Origin: an uncultured virus (IMG/VR IMGVR_UViG_3300025128_008688)
Lineage: Duplodnaviria; Heunggongvirae; Uroviricota; Caudoviricetes
Virus record (IMG/VR): IMGVR_UViG_3300025128_008688
DNA length: 64,000 nucleotides
Reading direction: 5' to 3' (one strand)
In this document: in pieces, positions 1 to 8,773 of the stretch
Layout: each line of letters starts with the position of its first letter
Position numbering within the stretch: position 1 is the first letter of the stretch
Program-made: the position numbers and the translations under genes
The notes under the pieces: generated by a model
Database searches by the model: none
Told to the model about the DNA's origin: nothing
Seen by the model: only the letters and a program-made list of their open reading frames with translations

Positions 1-348
1 ATGCCAGAATACAGCTATATGTGCGACAGCTGTCAGCACAAATGGAGTGTCTACTGCTCTATTAAAGAGTACAAAGAAAAGGTTCCATGTCCAGAATGTG
101 CAAATGTGGAATCAGTCTACCGGGACTACGAAGAGGATAATATCTATGGCGCTTATAGCTACTCTGTATCTGAGGCTAAAACCTTAGGGCACTATGCTGA
201 CAAACAGAGTAAGAAATATGGTAAAGCTAAAGTAGAAGATATGATCAGAGGCCAGAAAACAAAGAAGACCCAAGGTGGTGGAGATCTGCCGACAGGTATG
301 AGTAGAATAGATAAACCAAAAGAAAAAACGGCTTGGATTAAGGAATAA
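1..348 (+). CDS. FmdB-like zinc-ribbon protein
   Basis: N-terminal MPEYSYMCDSC...CPEC matches the MPxYxYxCxxC...CPxC pattern of FmdB-type zinc ribbons. Confidence 0.7.
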   Translation: MPEYSYMCDSCQHKWSVYCSIKEYKEKVPCPECANVESVYRDYEEDNIYGAYSYSVSEAKTLGHYADKQSKKYGKAKVEDMIRGQKTKKTQGGGDLPTGMSRIDKPKEKTAWIKE

Positions 349-350
349 TA

Positions 351-734
351 ATGACTATACATAGAATGGATGAAGCTGGAGATCCTAATGGAGATTCAAC
401 AGATGTCGAGGTATATACTGTACCATCAGCAGAGGACTTCAGGGACAATGAAGGATTTCCTAGGCTAAGTGACGATAAGGCGGCAAGCTCTCACGCTTAT
501 GCTAAAAAAGTTACTTTTGATACAGGTAATATTAGATTCTATGCTAAAACAGGAAAGCACGGAAAGTTCTTTAACCCTGTAGGGCTTTACTCAGAGGGTA
601 ATATGTCTAGAAGAATGAAAGGAATTTCAGAATGGATCTTTAGACCCGTCAGCGAAAAGGCCTTTCATCACTATATTAATTTTTTGAAAACAAACAATAC
701 AGCTTGGCTTAGTAATGCAGAAAGGGAAGTATAA
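351..734 (+). CDS. hypothetical phage protein
   Basis: 127-aa ORF, AAGGA RBS, tightly coupled to neighbours. Confidence 0.6.
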   Translation: MTIHRMDEAGDPNGDSTDVEVYTVPSAEDFRDNEGFPRLSDDKAASSHAYAKKVTFDTGNIRFYAKTGKHGKFFNPVGLYSEGNMSRRMKGISEWIFRPVSEKAFHHYINFLKTNNTAWLSNAEREV

Positions 735-1045
735 TGGGTAAACTATCTAAAGCAAAAAACCTTACTAATGTAGAAAAATTTTCTATCGACGGAATGGAAC
801 AGAATGGAATGAGTGTCGCTGACATTGCCAAGGCGATTGATAGAAGCATCGAAAAGGTATCGGAGTATATCGACACCAGAGATGTTAGTATCAAGGCAAG
901 GGATCTAATCAACAACAGGACTCTTAGCGGAAAAGAAGGTGTGGCTATTATGACAGAAGCAGCATCTCAAAAATCTGATGAGTCTAACAAGGAAGTAGCG
1001 ACACCTGAAACAACAGGAAAGTCAGACTATATCCATTACGGCTAA
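734..1045 (+). CDS. small helix-turn-helix protein
   Basis: GMSVADIAKAIDRSIEKVSEY resembles an HTH; TAATG overlap with upstream stop. Confidence 0.55.
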   Translation: MGKLSKAKNLTNVEKFSIDGMEQNGMSVADIAKAIDRSIEKVSEYIDTRDVSIKARDLINNRTLSGKEGVAIMTEAASQKSDESNKEVATPETTGKSDYIHYG

Positions 1046-1055
1046 AGGACAAGCC

Positions 1056-1490
1056 ATGGCAAATAGTAGGACGGAGAAGAGCCCATATCCTTCCAGATAT
1101 TCTCCGGGAGGATGGGTCTCTGGCTCTCAGTATATAACAGAGCTGATCTGCGAAAAAAAGGCTCGCAGAGAAAATAAGGATCTTCCTAGAAAGTTCTGGG
1201 AGGACAAGGACTGGGAAAAATATTTTAAATACCAGATAACTCTTGCAAGCCAACTTATTAAAAAGTTTGGTGAAGAAGCAGTCATAGCAGCACTAAAGGA
1301 CAACAGGTGCTGGTCTACGTACTCTTTAAGGTCTCCCTTTCTAGTTCCTGTAATTGAGGAAAAGAAAAAGGAAATATCTGACAACCGGCCAGAAGCCGAG
1401 TATAATATTAAAGACGAAGAAGAAGTTACTCATAGAAGTAGCAATAACAAGAAGTCAATAATTTCTAAGTTAAGGGATTTAGATGAATAA
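1056..1490 (+). CDS. hypothetical protein, replication/recombination operon
   Basis: 144-aa ORF, AAGGA RBS, overlaps the recA-like start. Confidence 0.6.
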   Translation: MANSRTEKSPYPSRYSPGGWVSGSQYITELICEKKARRENKDLPRKFWEDKDWEKYFKYQITLASQLIKKFGEEAVIAALKDNRCWSTYSLRSPFLVPVIEEKKKEISDNRPEAEYNIKDEEEVTHRSSNNKKSIISKLRDLDE

Positions 1491-2460
1491 AGACATTATC
1501 AAAGAATATGGTAATGTCCTTCACGATCCCGCCTCAATAACAGAAAGACCTTTAGAAGTCTTGTCTGTAGGCCCAAAGCTAGACATAGCTCTCGGAGGAG
1601 GCGTGCCTGAAGGTTCATTATTTATTATGACTGGCCCAGAGAAGGTCGGCAAGACAGTAACAGCTCTGACTTTCTGTGCCAATGCGCAGAAGCATTATGA
1701 GAGGAAGATTTACTACGCGAACATAGAGGGAAGACTTAAGAAAAGAGACTTAGAAGGAATAACAGACCTTACATTAGACTCAGAAAAGATGCAAATTATT
1801 GGCTCAACAGAAGGAAACATTCTGTCTGCCGAAAAGTATCTGAGCATTATTGACAACATTGTTCATACTCAGCCGGGATCTCTAGCTATTGTGGACTCAT
1901 TTTCTGCATTGTCAAGCGAATCTGAACTTACAGGAAACCTAGAAGATGTTCAAGTTATGAGCGTGCAAAAAGTTCTGGCTAAGTTCTGTAGAAGGATTTC
2001 TAACGTACTGCCCATCAATAGAGTCACTGTTGTTGGAATTACCCACCTGATGGCTAATATGAATAGGTTTGGGAGGGGGAAGACTAAAGTCGAAAAGTCA
2101 GGAAGCGCATTAAAATATCAGGTTGATGTAAAGCTTCATGCGAGCCACTCAACGGCTTTGATGCAAGGAGATACTCAGATAGGCCAGACTGTGCACTGGC
2201 AGATTACGACCTCAGCTATCGGGCCTCCGGGGCAGAAGGTAGAGAGCCATATTAGATATGGTAAAGGCATTTGGAAAGAAATGGAACTGACAGACTTGCT
2301 TATCGACTTCGGGCTCATCAGCAAAGCTGGAGCTTGGCTAAAGCTCCCTAATGGAGAAAAGATTCAAGGTAAAGTCAACTTGGCCAAATACTTAGAAGAG
2401 AACCCTGAGCAGTATGAGACATTTAGAAAAGAAGTGTTTGAAATGGTTGGTATGGAATGA
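1483..2460 (+). CDS. recA: RecA/UvsX-like recombinase
   Basis: LDIALGGGVPEG, Walker A GPEKVGKT, Walker B IVDS, SGSALKY, and KAGAW C-terminal motif. Confidence 0.9.
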   Translation: MNKDIIKEYGNVLHDPASITERPLEVLSVGPKLDIALGGGVPEGSLFIMTGPEKVGKTVTALTFCANAQKHYERKIYYANIEGRLKKRDLEGITDLTLDSEKMQIIGSTEGNILSAEKYLSIIDNIVHTQPGSLAIVDSFSALSSESELTGNLEDVQVMSVQKVLAKFCRRISNVLPINRVTVVGITHLMANMNRFGRGKTKVEKSGSALKYQVDVKLHASHSTALMQGDTQIGQTVHWQITTSAIGPPGQKVESHIRYGKGIWKEMELTDLLIDFGLISKAGAWLKLPNGEKIQGKVNLAKYLEENPEQYETFRKEVFEMVGME

Positions 2461-2855
2461 TGGATACAAAGTGCTCCCAAGCCTACGAATGCAAGATATT
2501 CATAGGTTCAAAAAACGAATACTTAAAACAATATTTCGATAGAAGCATATTGCTAGAATATATACAAGGCTTTCAGGACAACTACCATAAACTTATACCA
2601 GTGCGAGTAACAGGGACGGAATTTGTATGTGGGAGCAAGTATCAGGAGTCAGGTTGGGAAATAGCTGTTATAAACTACCCTAAGCTAGACCTTTGCATAG
2701 AAGAAATCGAATATTTCTGCGAACAACTAACGGAGTATCTTACAGACCGTCTAAGGCAAAAGAGAGTCACCCTCATGACTCCAAGCATTAGCACTATGTA
2801 TTACACTCCGTTATGCTTTCCACAGTCGGCAAGTAGTAAGGCTGCCTCGCCTTAA
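2457..2855 (+). CDS. hypothetical protein; last ~13 codons overlap RNA motif copy A
   Basis: 132-aa ORF, ATGA overlap with recA; stop TAA 2853-2855 lies in a predicted RNA stem. Confidence 0.6.
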   Translation: MMDTKCSQAYECKIFIGSKNEYLKQYFDRSILLEYIQGFQDNYHKLIPVRVTGTEFVCGSKYQESGWEIAVINYPKLDLCIEEIEYFCEQLTEYLTDRLRQKRVTLMTPSISTMYYTPLCFPQSASSKAASP

Positions 2856-2884
2856 CTAAGGCTGTGCGACAACTTAATGAGGTA
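2815..2884 (+). ncRNA. putative pseudoknotted structured RNA motif, copy A
   Basis: GCTTTC; P1 CACAGTC(2821-27)/GGCTGTG(2860-66); P2 TAAGGC(2837-42)/GCCTTA(2849-54); loop TGCCTC pairs with GAGGTA(2879-84) after a 12-nt linker; covaries with copies B and C. Confidence 0.75.
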
Positions 2885-2889
2885 CTTAG

Positions 2890-3306
2890 ATGAAGATACG
2901 TGATCTGAATAATGATATTCACAAATGGAATCTGCAGGGGTATGTTGTTCGTGCAAATGAACAGCGTCCCCGATCTAAGTTACATCTTGCCGCAAGAAAC
3001 ATATTGATAGAAATGTTTCCCACTGTTCAGATATTAGAAGAGGTTCTAATTCCAATAACTCGCAACGAAAGAGGTTATCTGGATTTTTACATCAATACGC
3101 TTAAGCTTGCTGTAGAGGTTCATGGGCAGCAGCACTATAAATTCAATTCACTATTCCATACATCTGCCCAAGATTTTGCAAATCAACGAAAAAAAGACCG
3201 GCGAAAGCAGGAGTGGTGTGAGTATAATAATATAACGTATCTTGAGTTACCTTATAATGAAGGCATTGAGGAATGGAAAACGCGAATAGTCCAAAGGAAC
3301 GACTAG
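2890..3306 (+). CDS. DUF559/Vsr-like (PD-(D/E)XK-related) endonuclease
   Basis: YLDFYINTLKLAVEVHGQQH...DRRKQEWC motif; SD GAGG 7 nt upstream. Confidence 0.7.
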   Translation: MKIRDLNNDIHKWNLQGYVVRANEQRPRSKLHLAARNILIEMFPTVQILEEVLIPITRNERGYLDFYINTLKLAVEVHGQQHYKFNSLFHTSAQDFANQRKKDRRKQEWCEYNNITYLELPYNEGIEEWKTRIVQRND

Positions 3307-3761
3307 AGCAAGTAGATAAAGTCTTAGACGAATATGAGTCAGGGCTTGGACTTGTGGGCTACGCCGGAGACTTTCACGACCAGACTGTGAAGTCATACAT
3401 GAAAATGGAGAGAGTGCAAATGGAAAAGCTTACGGTAGAGGAATGCGCTGAAGCAGCACTTCTACTGGGTGGGTTTTCATTCTATCTTCAAAGGTCTTAC
3501 AATAGAGAAATTGCTAGAGTTAATTGGGCCTCCTCCAACTTAAAAAAAATGATAGCCGGAAGAGAGCGCCAGTACAATGGATCATGGGACAGTCAATACT
3601 ACCAAGCGGTAAAAGACGACAGCTATGCGATTAAGCTAGAAAGCATAAAGACATACGCTCAACAAAGGGCTGATAGGCTTACCTACCTAGCAAGCTCCAT
3701 CAAAAATCTAAGTGACCTATATATAAACTTACAGAGAGCAAAGATAAATAAACATGGTTGA
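3273..3761 (+). CDS. UvsY-like recombination mediator (tentative)
   Basis: 162-aa helical/coiled-coil protein close to the recA/uvsX-like gene; based on size and context only. Confidence 0.4.
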   Translation: MENANSPKERLEQVDKVLDEYESGLGLVGYAGDFHDQTVKSYMKMERVQMEKLTVEECAEAALLLGGFSFYLQRSYNREIARVNWASSNLKKMIAGRERQYNGSWDSQYYQAVKDDSYAIKLESIKTYAQQRADRLTYLASSIKNLSDLYINLQRAKINKHG

Positions 3762-4137
3762 TAAAAAAGAATTACTCAAACTTCTTTCTGAGCTTTCTCC
3801 TGAGGAACTTGAGTCCATAATGCCTAAGAAAAAACGTAGGCGGGGCAAGGGTAAGAGAAAAAAGAACCGATCTGCGAATAAGCCCAGTGCTTCTGAAGAG
3901 AATAAATTTGACGACATGCTGTCTAGCATACGATTTACAGATGAGGAGAAAAGAGAGCTTGAAGAAGCTACTAAGGTAGATGATGAGGCTGATCAAACGA
4001 AATCAGTCTCTGCTCGTCCTGCTGCCTCTACGGTAGAAGTTACTTGCTGCGCCTGTAATAAAAAGTTTATCGTATCGCCATCTGTGGTATTTTCTGTAGA
4101 CAGATGGAAATGTAACGCTTGTATAACAGGGAGATAA
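3754..4137 (+). CDS. hypothetical protein with basic tract and C-terminal zinc ribbon
   Basis: KKKRRRGKGKRKK; CCAC...CNAC. Confidence 0.6.
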   Translation: MVDKKELLKLLSELSPEELESIMPKKKRRRGKGKRKKNRSANKPSASEENKFDDMLSSIRFTDEEKRELEEATKVDDEADQTKSVSARPAASTVEVTCCACNKKFIVSPSVVFSVDRWKCNACITGR

Positions 4138-4138
4138 T

Positions 4139-5584
4139 ATGCTTAACGATCTACCAGCAGAAAGAGCTGTCCTAGCAGGAATATACCGATATGGGGCAGA
4201 GACATATTATGATGTCGCAGACATAATAGATGAGTCCTCTTTTACAGACGATTCAAATGCTGTAATATTTTCCTGTATGAAGCGTGTCCTAGAAACAGAT
4301 GACACTGTCTCCCTAGATATCCCTACGATGCTTTCCGCAGCAAAGGAAATGGGTTTAGAGACTTTCTTCAACACTCAGGAAGTGCAGCACTTATCTTCTA
4401 TTACTAAGTATCCAGTCTTAGCAACTAACGTCAGGAAGTTTGCTGCTAAGGTCAAGAAGCTTGAGATAGCAAGGATGATGTATGACCAGCTTGAGCTAAC
4501 AAAAGAGAAGTATCTCGAAATAAAAGGAGACGAGCCCATAGCAAAAATACTTGGGCTAGCTGAAGACTCAATTATGGAAGTCACAGGTATGGTCTCAGGA
4601 ACAGATGAAGCTCCAACGCAGATGTTTGACAACATTGTTGAATATTTAGAAGAGCTCTCTGAGGAGCCTGTTGATCAGATAGGGATCTCTACTGGATTCC
4701 CAAGGTATGACTTTGCTATCGGAGGAGGTCTTAGACGCGGCACGGTCAATGTGATTGGAGCTCGACCTAAAACCGGTAAGACATTGCTAGCAGACAACAT
4801 GGGGGTACATATAGCTAAGCAAGGTGTTCCTGTGCTGAATCTTGATACTGAAATGAGGAAAGAAGACCATCAGCACAGACTGATGGCTATGCTAACAGAC
4901 GTTCCTATCAGCGAGATAGAAACAGGTGCTTTTTCTCGAAGTCCTATAGCTAAGAGGAAGGTAGAACAAGCTGCGAAAGAAATAACAGATATACCGTATT
5001 ACTACAAATCTATTGGAGGCTGCTCATTTGAAGAGCAACTATCAATCGTAAGAAGATGGCTGAACAGAGTTGTAGGTCTTAACGACAAGGGAAAGGCTAA
5101 CGACTGTGTGATTATATATGATTATCTGAAGCTTATGGACTCCGCTGAGATTAAAGGAGATATGAAAGAATTTCAGGTTCTTGGCTTTATGATGACAGCT
5201 CTCCATAATCTATCATTAAAATATGAGATACCTATACTTTCCTTTGTACAATTAAACAGAGACGGCATAAACAAGGAGTCAACAGATACTGCCTCTGGCT
5301 CAGATAGAATCATATGGCTGTGTTCTAACTTTACGATATATAAGAGTAAGTCAGATGAAGAAGTAGCTAAGGACGGTCTTGAGAACGGAAATAGGAAGCT
5401 TGTCCCCGTAATCGCTAGACATGGACAAGGACTTGAAGACAGAGATTATATTAACATAATGCTTAAAGGAAACTGCGGTAAGATAACAGAAGGCAAAACT
5501 GCTTTTGAACTTGATAGTGCCGTAAGTGCTGTAGAAGAAGGTGATTTCTTTGATGAACCAGAAGACGACATCCCGTTCAAGTAG
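4139..5584 (+). CDS. dnaB: DnaB-like replicative helicase
   Basis: AERAVLAG N-terminus, GISTGF, Walker A GARPKTGKT, IYDYLKLM, QLNRDG, acidic DDIPF tail. Confidence 0.92.
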   Translation: MLNDLPAERAVLAGIYRYGAETYYDVADIIDESSFTDDSNAVIFSCMKRVLETDDTVSLDIPTMLSAAKEMGLETFFNTQEVQHLSSITKYPVLATNVRKFAAKVKKLEIARMMYDQLELTKEKYLEIKGDEPIAKILGLAEDSIMEVTGMVSGTDEAPTQMFDNIVEYLEELSEEPVDQIGISTGFPRYDFAIGGGLRRGTVNVIGARPKTGKTLLADNMGVHIAKQGVPVLNLDTEMRKEDHQHRLMAMLTDVPISEIETGAFSRSPIAKRKVEQAAKEITDIPYYYKSIGGCSFEEQLSIVRRWLNRVVGLNDKGKANDCVIIYDYLKLMDSAEIKGDMKEFQVLGFMMTALHNLSLKYEIPILSFVQLNRDGINKESTDTASGSDRIIWLCSNFTIYKSKSDEEVAKDGLENGNRKLVPVIARHGQGLEDRDYINIMLKGNCGKITEGKTAFELDSAVSAVEEGDFFDEPEDDIPFK

Positions 5585-6710
5585 TGGATATGATTATTCT
5601 AAGATTAATGCTCTTTGCAAATATGCAATGCAATATCTAGATGAGATATACTCGTACTTTGGAATATCCGCTGCCTACAAAAATGAGGTGCTGGTTAAGT
5701 CTGTTTGCCCTATTCATGGTGGAGACAATGATACCGCCCTTAACATGTACTACAATGGGGATTATAAAATACACTACAAGTGCAGAACCCACCAGTGCGA
5801 AGAGATTTTTGGGAACGGATTCATAGGCTTTATAAAGGGCTGTATATCTAGAACTAAATATGGCTGGGAAAAAGAAGGCGACAAGGAGGCGACATTTAAA
5901 GAAGCTGTAAATTTTTTAACAGGCTTCCTAAATCAAGACCTAAGCAAGTTTGAATCCTCTAGTAAGAGTGTAGAGAAGATGAAGTTTGGAGCTATGGTCA
6001 ATGCCATTTCTTCAGATGCCCCAAAAAAGAGTGGGATTACTAGAGAGCTGTACCGATCTAGGGTTCAAGTGCCTTGTGAGTATTATGTCAAGAGAGGGTT
6101 CTCGTCACAAGTGCTCGACGAGTATGATGTTGGCTATTGTGATAATCCAAATAAACCTATGTTCGGAAGAGCAGTGGTTCCTATATATGACAACAACCAT
6201 GAGTTTATCGTAGGATGCACAGGTAGGAGCGTGTTTGAGAAGTGTCCAAAGTGTTCAGGCTATCATGATCCTACTAAAAAATGTCATCATTCTCCGAAAT
6301 GGCTTCACAGCAAAGGATTTCAGAAGCAAAAATGGCTGTATAATTATTGGACAGCTAAGGAGCATATATCCAAAACGGGCGTTGCGATTCTAGTTGAATC
6401 TCCCGGAAATGTTTGGAGACTTGCTGAAGCTGGCATAAGGAATGTAGTTGCGATTTTTGGAACAGCATTTAACAACGACCAAAAGAACTTACTAGATGAA
6501 TCTGGAGCGCTGTCTCTGATATGCCTTATGGATAACGATGAGGCTGGCAAGAAGGCAGCAAAGAAGATTGAAGAGCAATGCTCTAGGCTCTATAGAATAT
6601 ATTTCCCTAGCTTTGATGCTTCGGATATTGCAGAACTTAATGTTGACAAGGTTACGTCTGACATTAAACCTTTTATTGAAAACGCCATGAATATTTATAA
6701 GGAGATCTAA
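5541..6710 (+). CDS. dnaG: DNA primase (zinc finger + TOPRIM)
   Basis: CPIH...CRTHQC zinc-binding domain, ILVESPGN, VAIFGT, MDNDEAG TOPRIM motifs; follows the helicase. Confidence 0.88.
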   Translation: MISLMNQKTTSRSSSGYDYSKINALCKYAMQYLDEIYSYFGISAAYKNEVLVKSVCPIHGGDNDTALNMYYNGDYKIHYKCRTHQCEEIFGNGFIGFIKGCISRTKYGWEKEGDKEATFKEAVNFLTGFLNQDLSKFESSSKSVEKMKFGAMVNAISSDAPKKSGITRELYRSRVQVPCEYYVKRGFSSQVLDEYDVGYCDNPNKPMFGRAVVPIYDNNHEFIVGCTGRSVFEKCPKCSGYHDPTKKCHHSPKWLHSKGFQKQKWLYNYWTAKEHISKTGVAILVESPGNVWRLAEAGIRNVVAIFGTAFNNDQKNLLDESGALSLICLMDNDEAGKKAAKKIEEQCSRLYRIYFPSFDASDIAELNVDKVTSDIKPFIENAMNIYKEI

Positions 6711-6959
6711 ATGACTTACAGAGAAAGTGCTATTGAGTTTCTATGGAGAAGCGCACTAACTGACCAATCAAAAGCACTCGCATCGCTACAGCTTCTGCTG
6801 GATCACGGTACAGGTATCGGAGACCATTCAACAGAAGACCTGCACTCAAATCTTGAGGATGCGTTATCTACGCTTGCTGACGCTGAGGATAGACTTGAGA
6901 CTTTAAATAAATACTTCCGTCCGCCAGAGGGCGAAGAGCAACAGTCAGAGGAGGTATAA
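6711..6959 (+). CDS. small hypothetical phage protein
   Basis: 82 aa, strong AAGGAG RBS, GIGDHS motif. Confidence 0.6.
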   Translation: MTYRESAIEFLWRSALTDQSKALASLQLLLDHGTGIGDHSTEDLHSNLEDALSTLADAEDRLETLNKYFRPPEGEEQQSEEV

Positions 6960-6961
6960 CT

Positions 6962-7735
6962 ATGACTCAAATTCTAGGCTTTGCCGGCAAAAAACAAAGC
7001 GGCAAAAATACTTTATGTAACTATATAGTAGCTATGAAGCTGGCTGAGCTTGGAATATGCTCTGAGTCTAGACTGTCAACTTCCGGAGACATAGAGATTA
7101 CAGATGTATTCGGGGAGAAAAAGAAAGGTGTAGAGTGGATTCCGTTTTCTCAGGAAAACATGAATGTAGAACTACTAAGGACAGAGCATCTGGATAAGTA
7201 TGTGAAAATTTATGGCCTTGCAGATACACTCAAGGATATGTGTGTTAATATTTTAGGGCTCTCTCACGATCAAGCATACGGTACAGATGAGGATAAAAAC
7301 TCAAACTCTACCATCAAATGGGAGGATATTCCTACTTGGGAAAACAGCAGCCTAAATAAAAACAGGGGCTTTATGACCGCTAGGGAAGTGCTCCAGTATG
7401 TGGGTACGGATATATTTAGAAAGCTAGATCCAGACGTGTGGATAAAAAGTCTATTGAGAAAAATAGAAAAAGACTCTCCTGAGCTTGCTCTTATATGCGA
7501 TGTTAGATTTGAGAATGAAGTCTTGCACCTTAAAGATGCTGGGGCTACTGTAATTGGTCTCACAAAAGATAAGTTCAAGGGTCAGGATGTACACTCTAGT
7601 GAAGCGTTAGTGCAGGATGCTCTTGATAATTGCTCCTTCCTTATTCAGAACGAAGATATGACAATACAGCAGCAGTGCCTCAAGCTTTATGAGATACTAT
7701 CTGACAGAACCAATCTCCTTCCGAAGGTCTTATAA
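6962..7735 (+). CDS. deoxynucleoside monophosphate kinase (T4 gp1-like)
   Basis: GFAGKKQSGKNT P-loop, TAREVLQYVGTD, ICDVRFENE. Confidence 0.85.
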   Translation: MTQILGFAGKKQSGKNTLCNYIVAMKLAELGICSESRLSTSGDIEITDVFGEKKKGVEWIPFSQENMNVELLRTEHLDKYVKIYGLADTLKDMCVNILGLSHDQAYGTDEDKNSNSTIKWEDIPTWENSSLNKNRGFMTAREVLQYVGTDIFRKLDPDVWIKSLLRKIEKDSPELALICDVRFENEVLHLKDAGATVIGLTKDKFKGQDVHSSEALVQDALDNCSFLIQNEDMTIQQQCLKLYEILSDRTNLLPKVL

Positions 7736-8773
7736 ATGTCAATACCTATAGTCTACTTTAGAAGTAGCTCTTTCAACTCACACAGAATGTGTCCTATGCA
7801 ATATTACATGGAATATACTCTTGGTTGGAGAGGGTCATCTGGAAAGAAAGCTGACAAAGGAACTATTGTTCATAAGGTTCTTGAGTTGTGCGCACTTGCA
7901 AAGAAAGCCTTGCAAGATGGTCATGAAATTTTTAAAGATAATGAGATTGGTGAGATAGAAACTGCTAACTATGATACAGAATATCTAGATGAAATTATTG
8001 ATAGGGTATACGAATATTATACATCTAGAACTACACATCATGACTGGAAGCCATTAGACCTAAAGCATTGCCGAAAATGGGTTTGGAAAATATTCAATGA
8101 CGACGACGGATTCTTTGATCCTAAGAACAGAACAGTTGTAGAAGCAGAACCACACTTTGACTTTGAAGTAGATGAAGAATGGGCAGAATATAGTTATACC
8201 TTAGATGATGGTACCGTCTTGGAGGGGAAGCTAGCGCTAAAGGGAACAATAGACCTTATAACAGATGTGGGAGACGGAGTCTATGAGATAATAGACTGGA
8301 AGACTGGCCGCAGACTTGACTGGGCTACAGGAAAAGAAAAGACGATGGCAAAGTTGCAGAAAGATCCACAGCTAAGGATGTATCATCTAGCATGCAAAAA
8401 GCTTTACCCAGATGTAGAAACATTTTTAGTAACTATCCACTTCATGAATGACGGCGGTCCTTTTACACTCCATTTTCAAGATAGCGATATACCTGAGACA
8501 TTAGAGATGATAAGGGCAAAATTTGAGACAATTAAAGACACTAACTTTCCTCAACAAATAAAGTCATGGAAATGCAGCAAGCTTTGTTCTGCGGGAAAAA
8601 CCACATACGAAGGAACAGATGTCAAAGTCATGGGCAACATGTTTGGAGCTCCGCTAACAAAGTGCCAGCAGACAGAAGCTATGATAAAAGAGAACGGAAT
8701 AGAGTGGGTGACAAGTAACTGTATGTCCCCAGAACATGAAATAGGTAAGTATAAAGCTCCCGGAGAAGTATGA
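7736..8773 (+). CDS. Cas4/RecB-like PD-(D/E)XK exonuclease
   Basis: SSS..CP, GTIVH, KGTIDLI, IIDWKTG, QLRMY, C-terminal Cys cluster. Confidence 0.85.
   Translation: MSIPIVYFRSSSFNSHRMCPMQYYMEYTLGWRGSSGKKADKGTIVHKVLELCALAKKALQDGHEIFKDNEIGEIETANYDTEYLDEIIDRVYEYYTSRTTHHDWKPLDLKHCRKWVWKIFNDDDGFFDPKNRTVVEAEPHFDFEVDEEWAEYSYTLDDGTVLEGKLALKGTIDLITDVGDGVYEIIDWKTGRRLDWATGKEKTMAKLQKDPQLRMYHLACKKLYPDVETFLVTIHFMNDGGPFTLHFQDSDIPETLEMIRAKFETIKDTNFPQQIKSWKCSKLCSAGKTTYEGTDVKVMGNMFGAPLTKCQQTEAMIKENGIEWVTSNCMSPEHEIGKYKAPGEV

Noticed and set aside
2815..2884. Hammerhead ribozyme on the minus strand (GAAAG next to a stem)
   Set aside because: No CUGANGA core before the stem, and minus-strand helices contain A-C mismatches.
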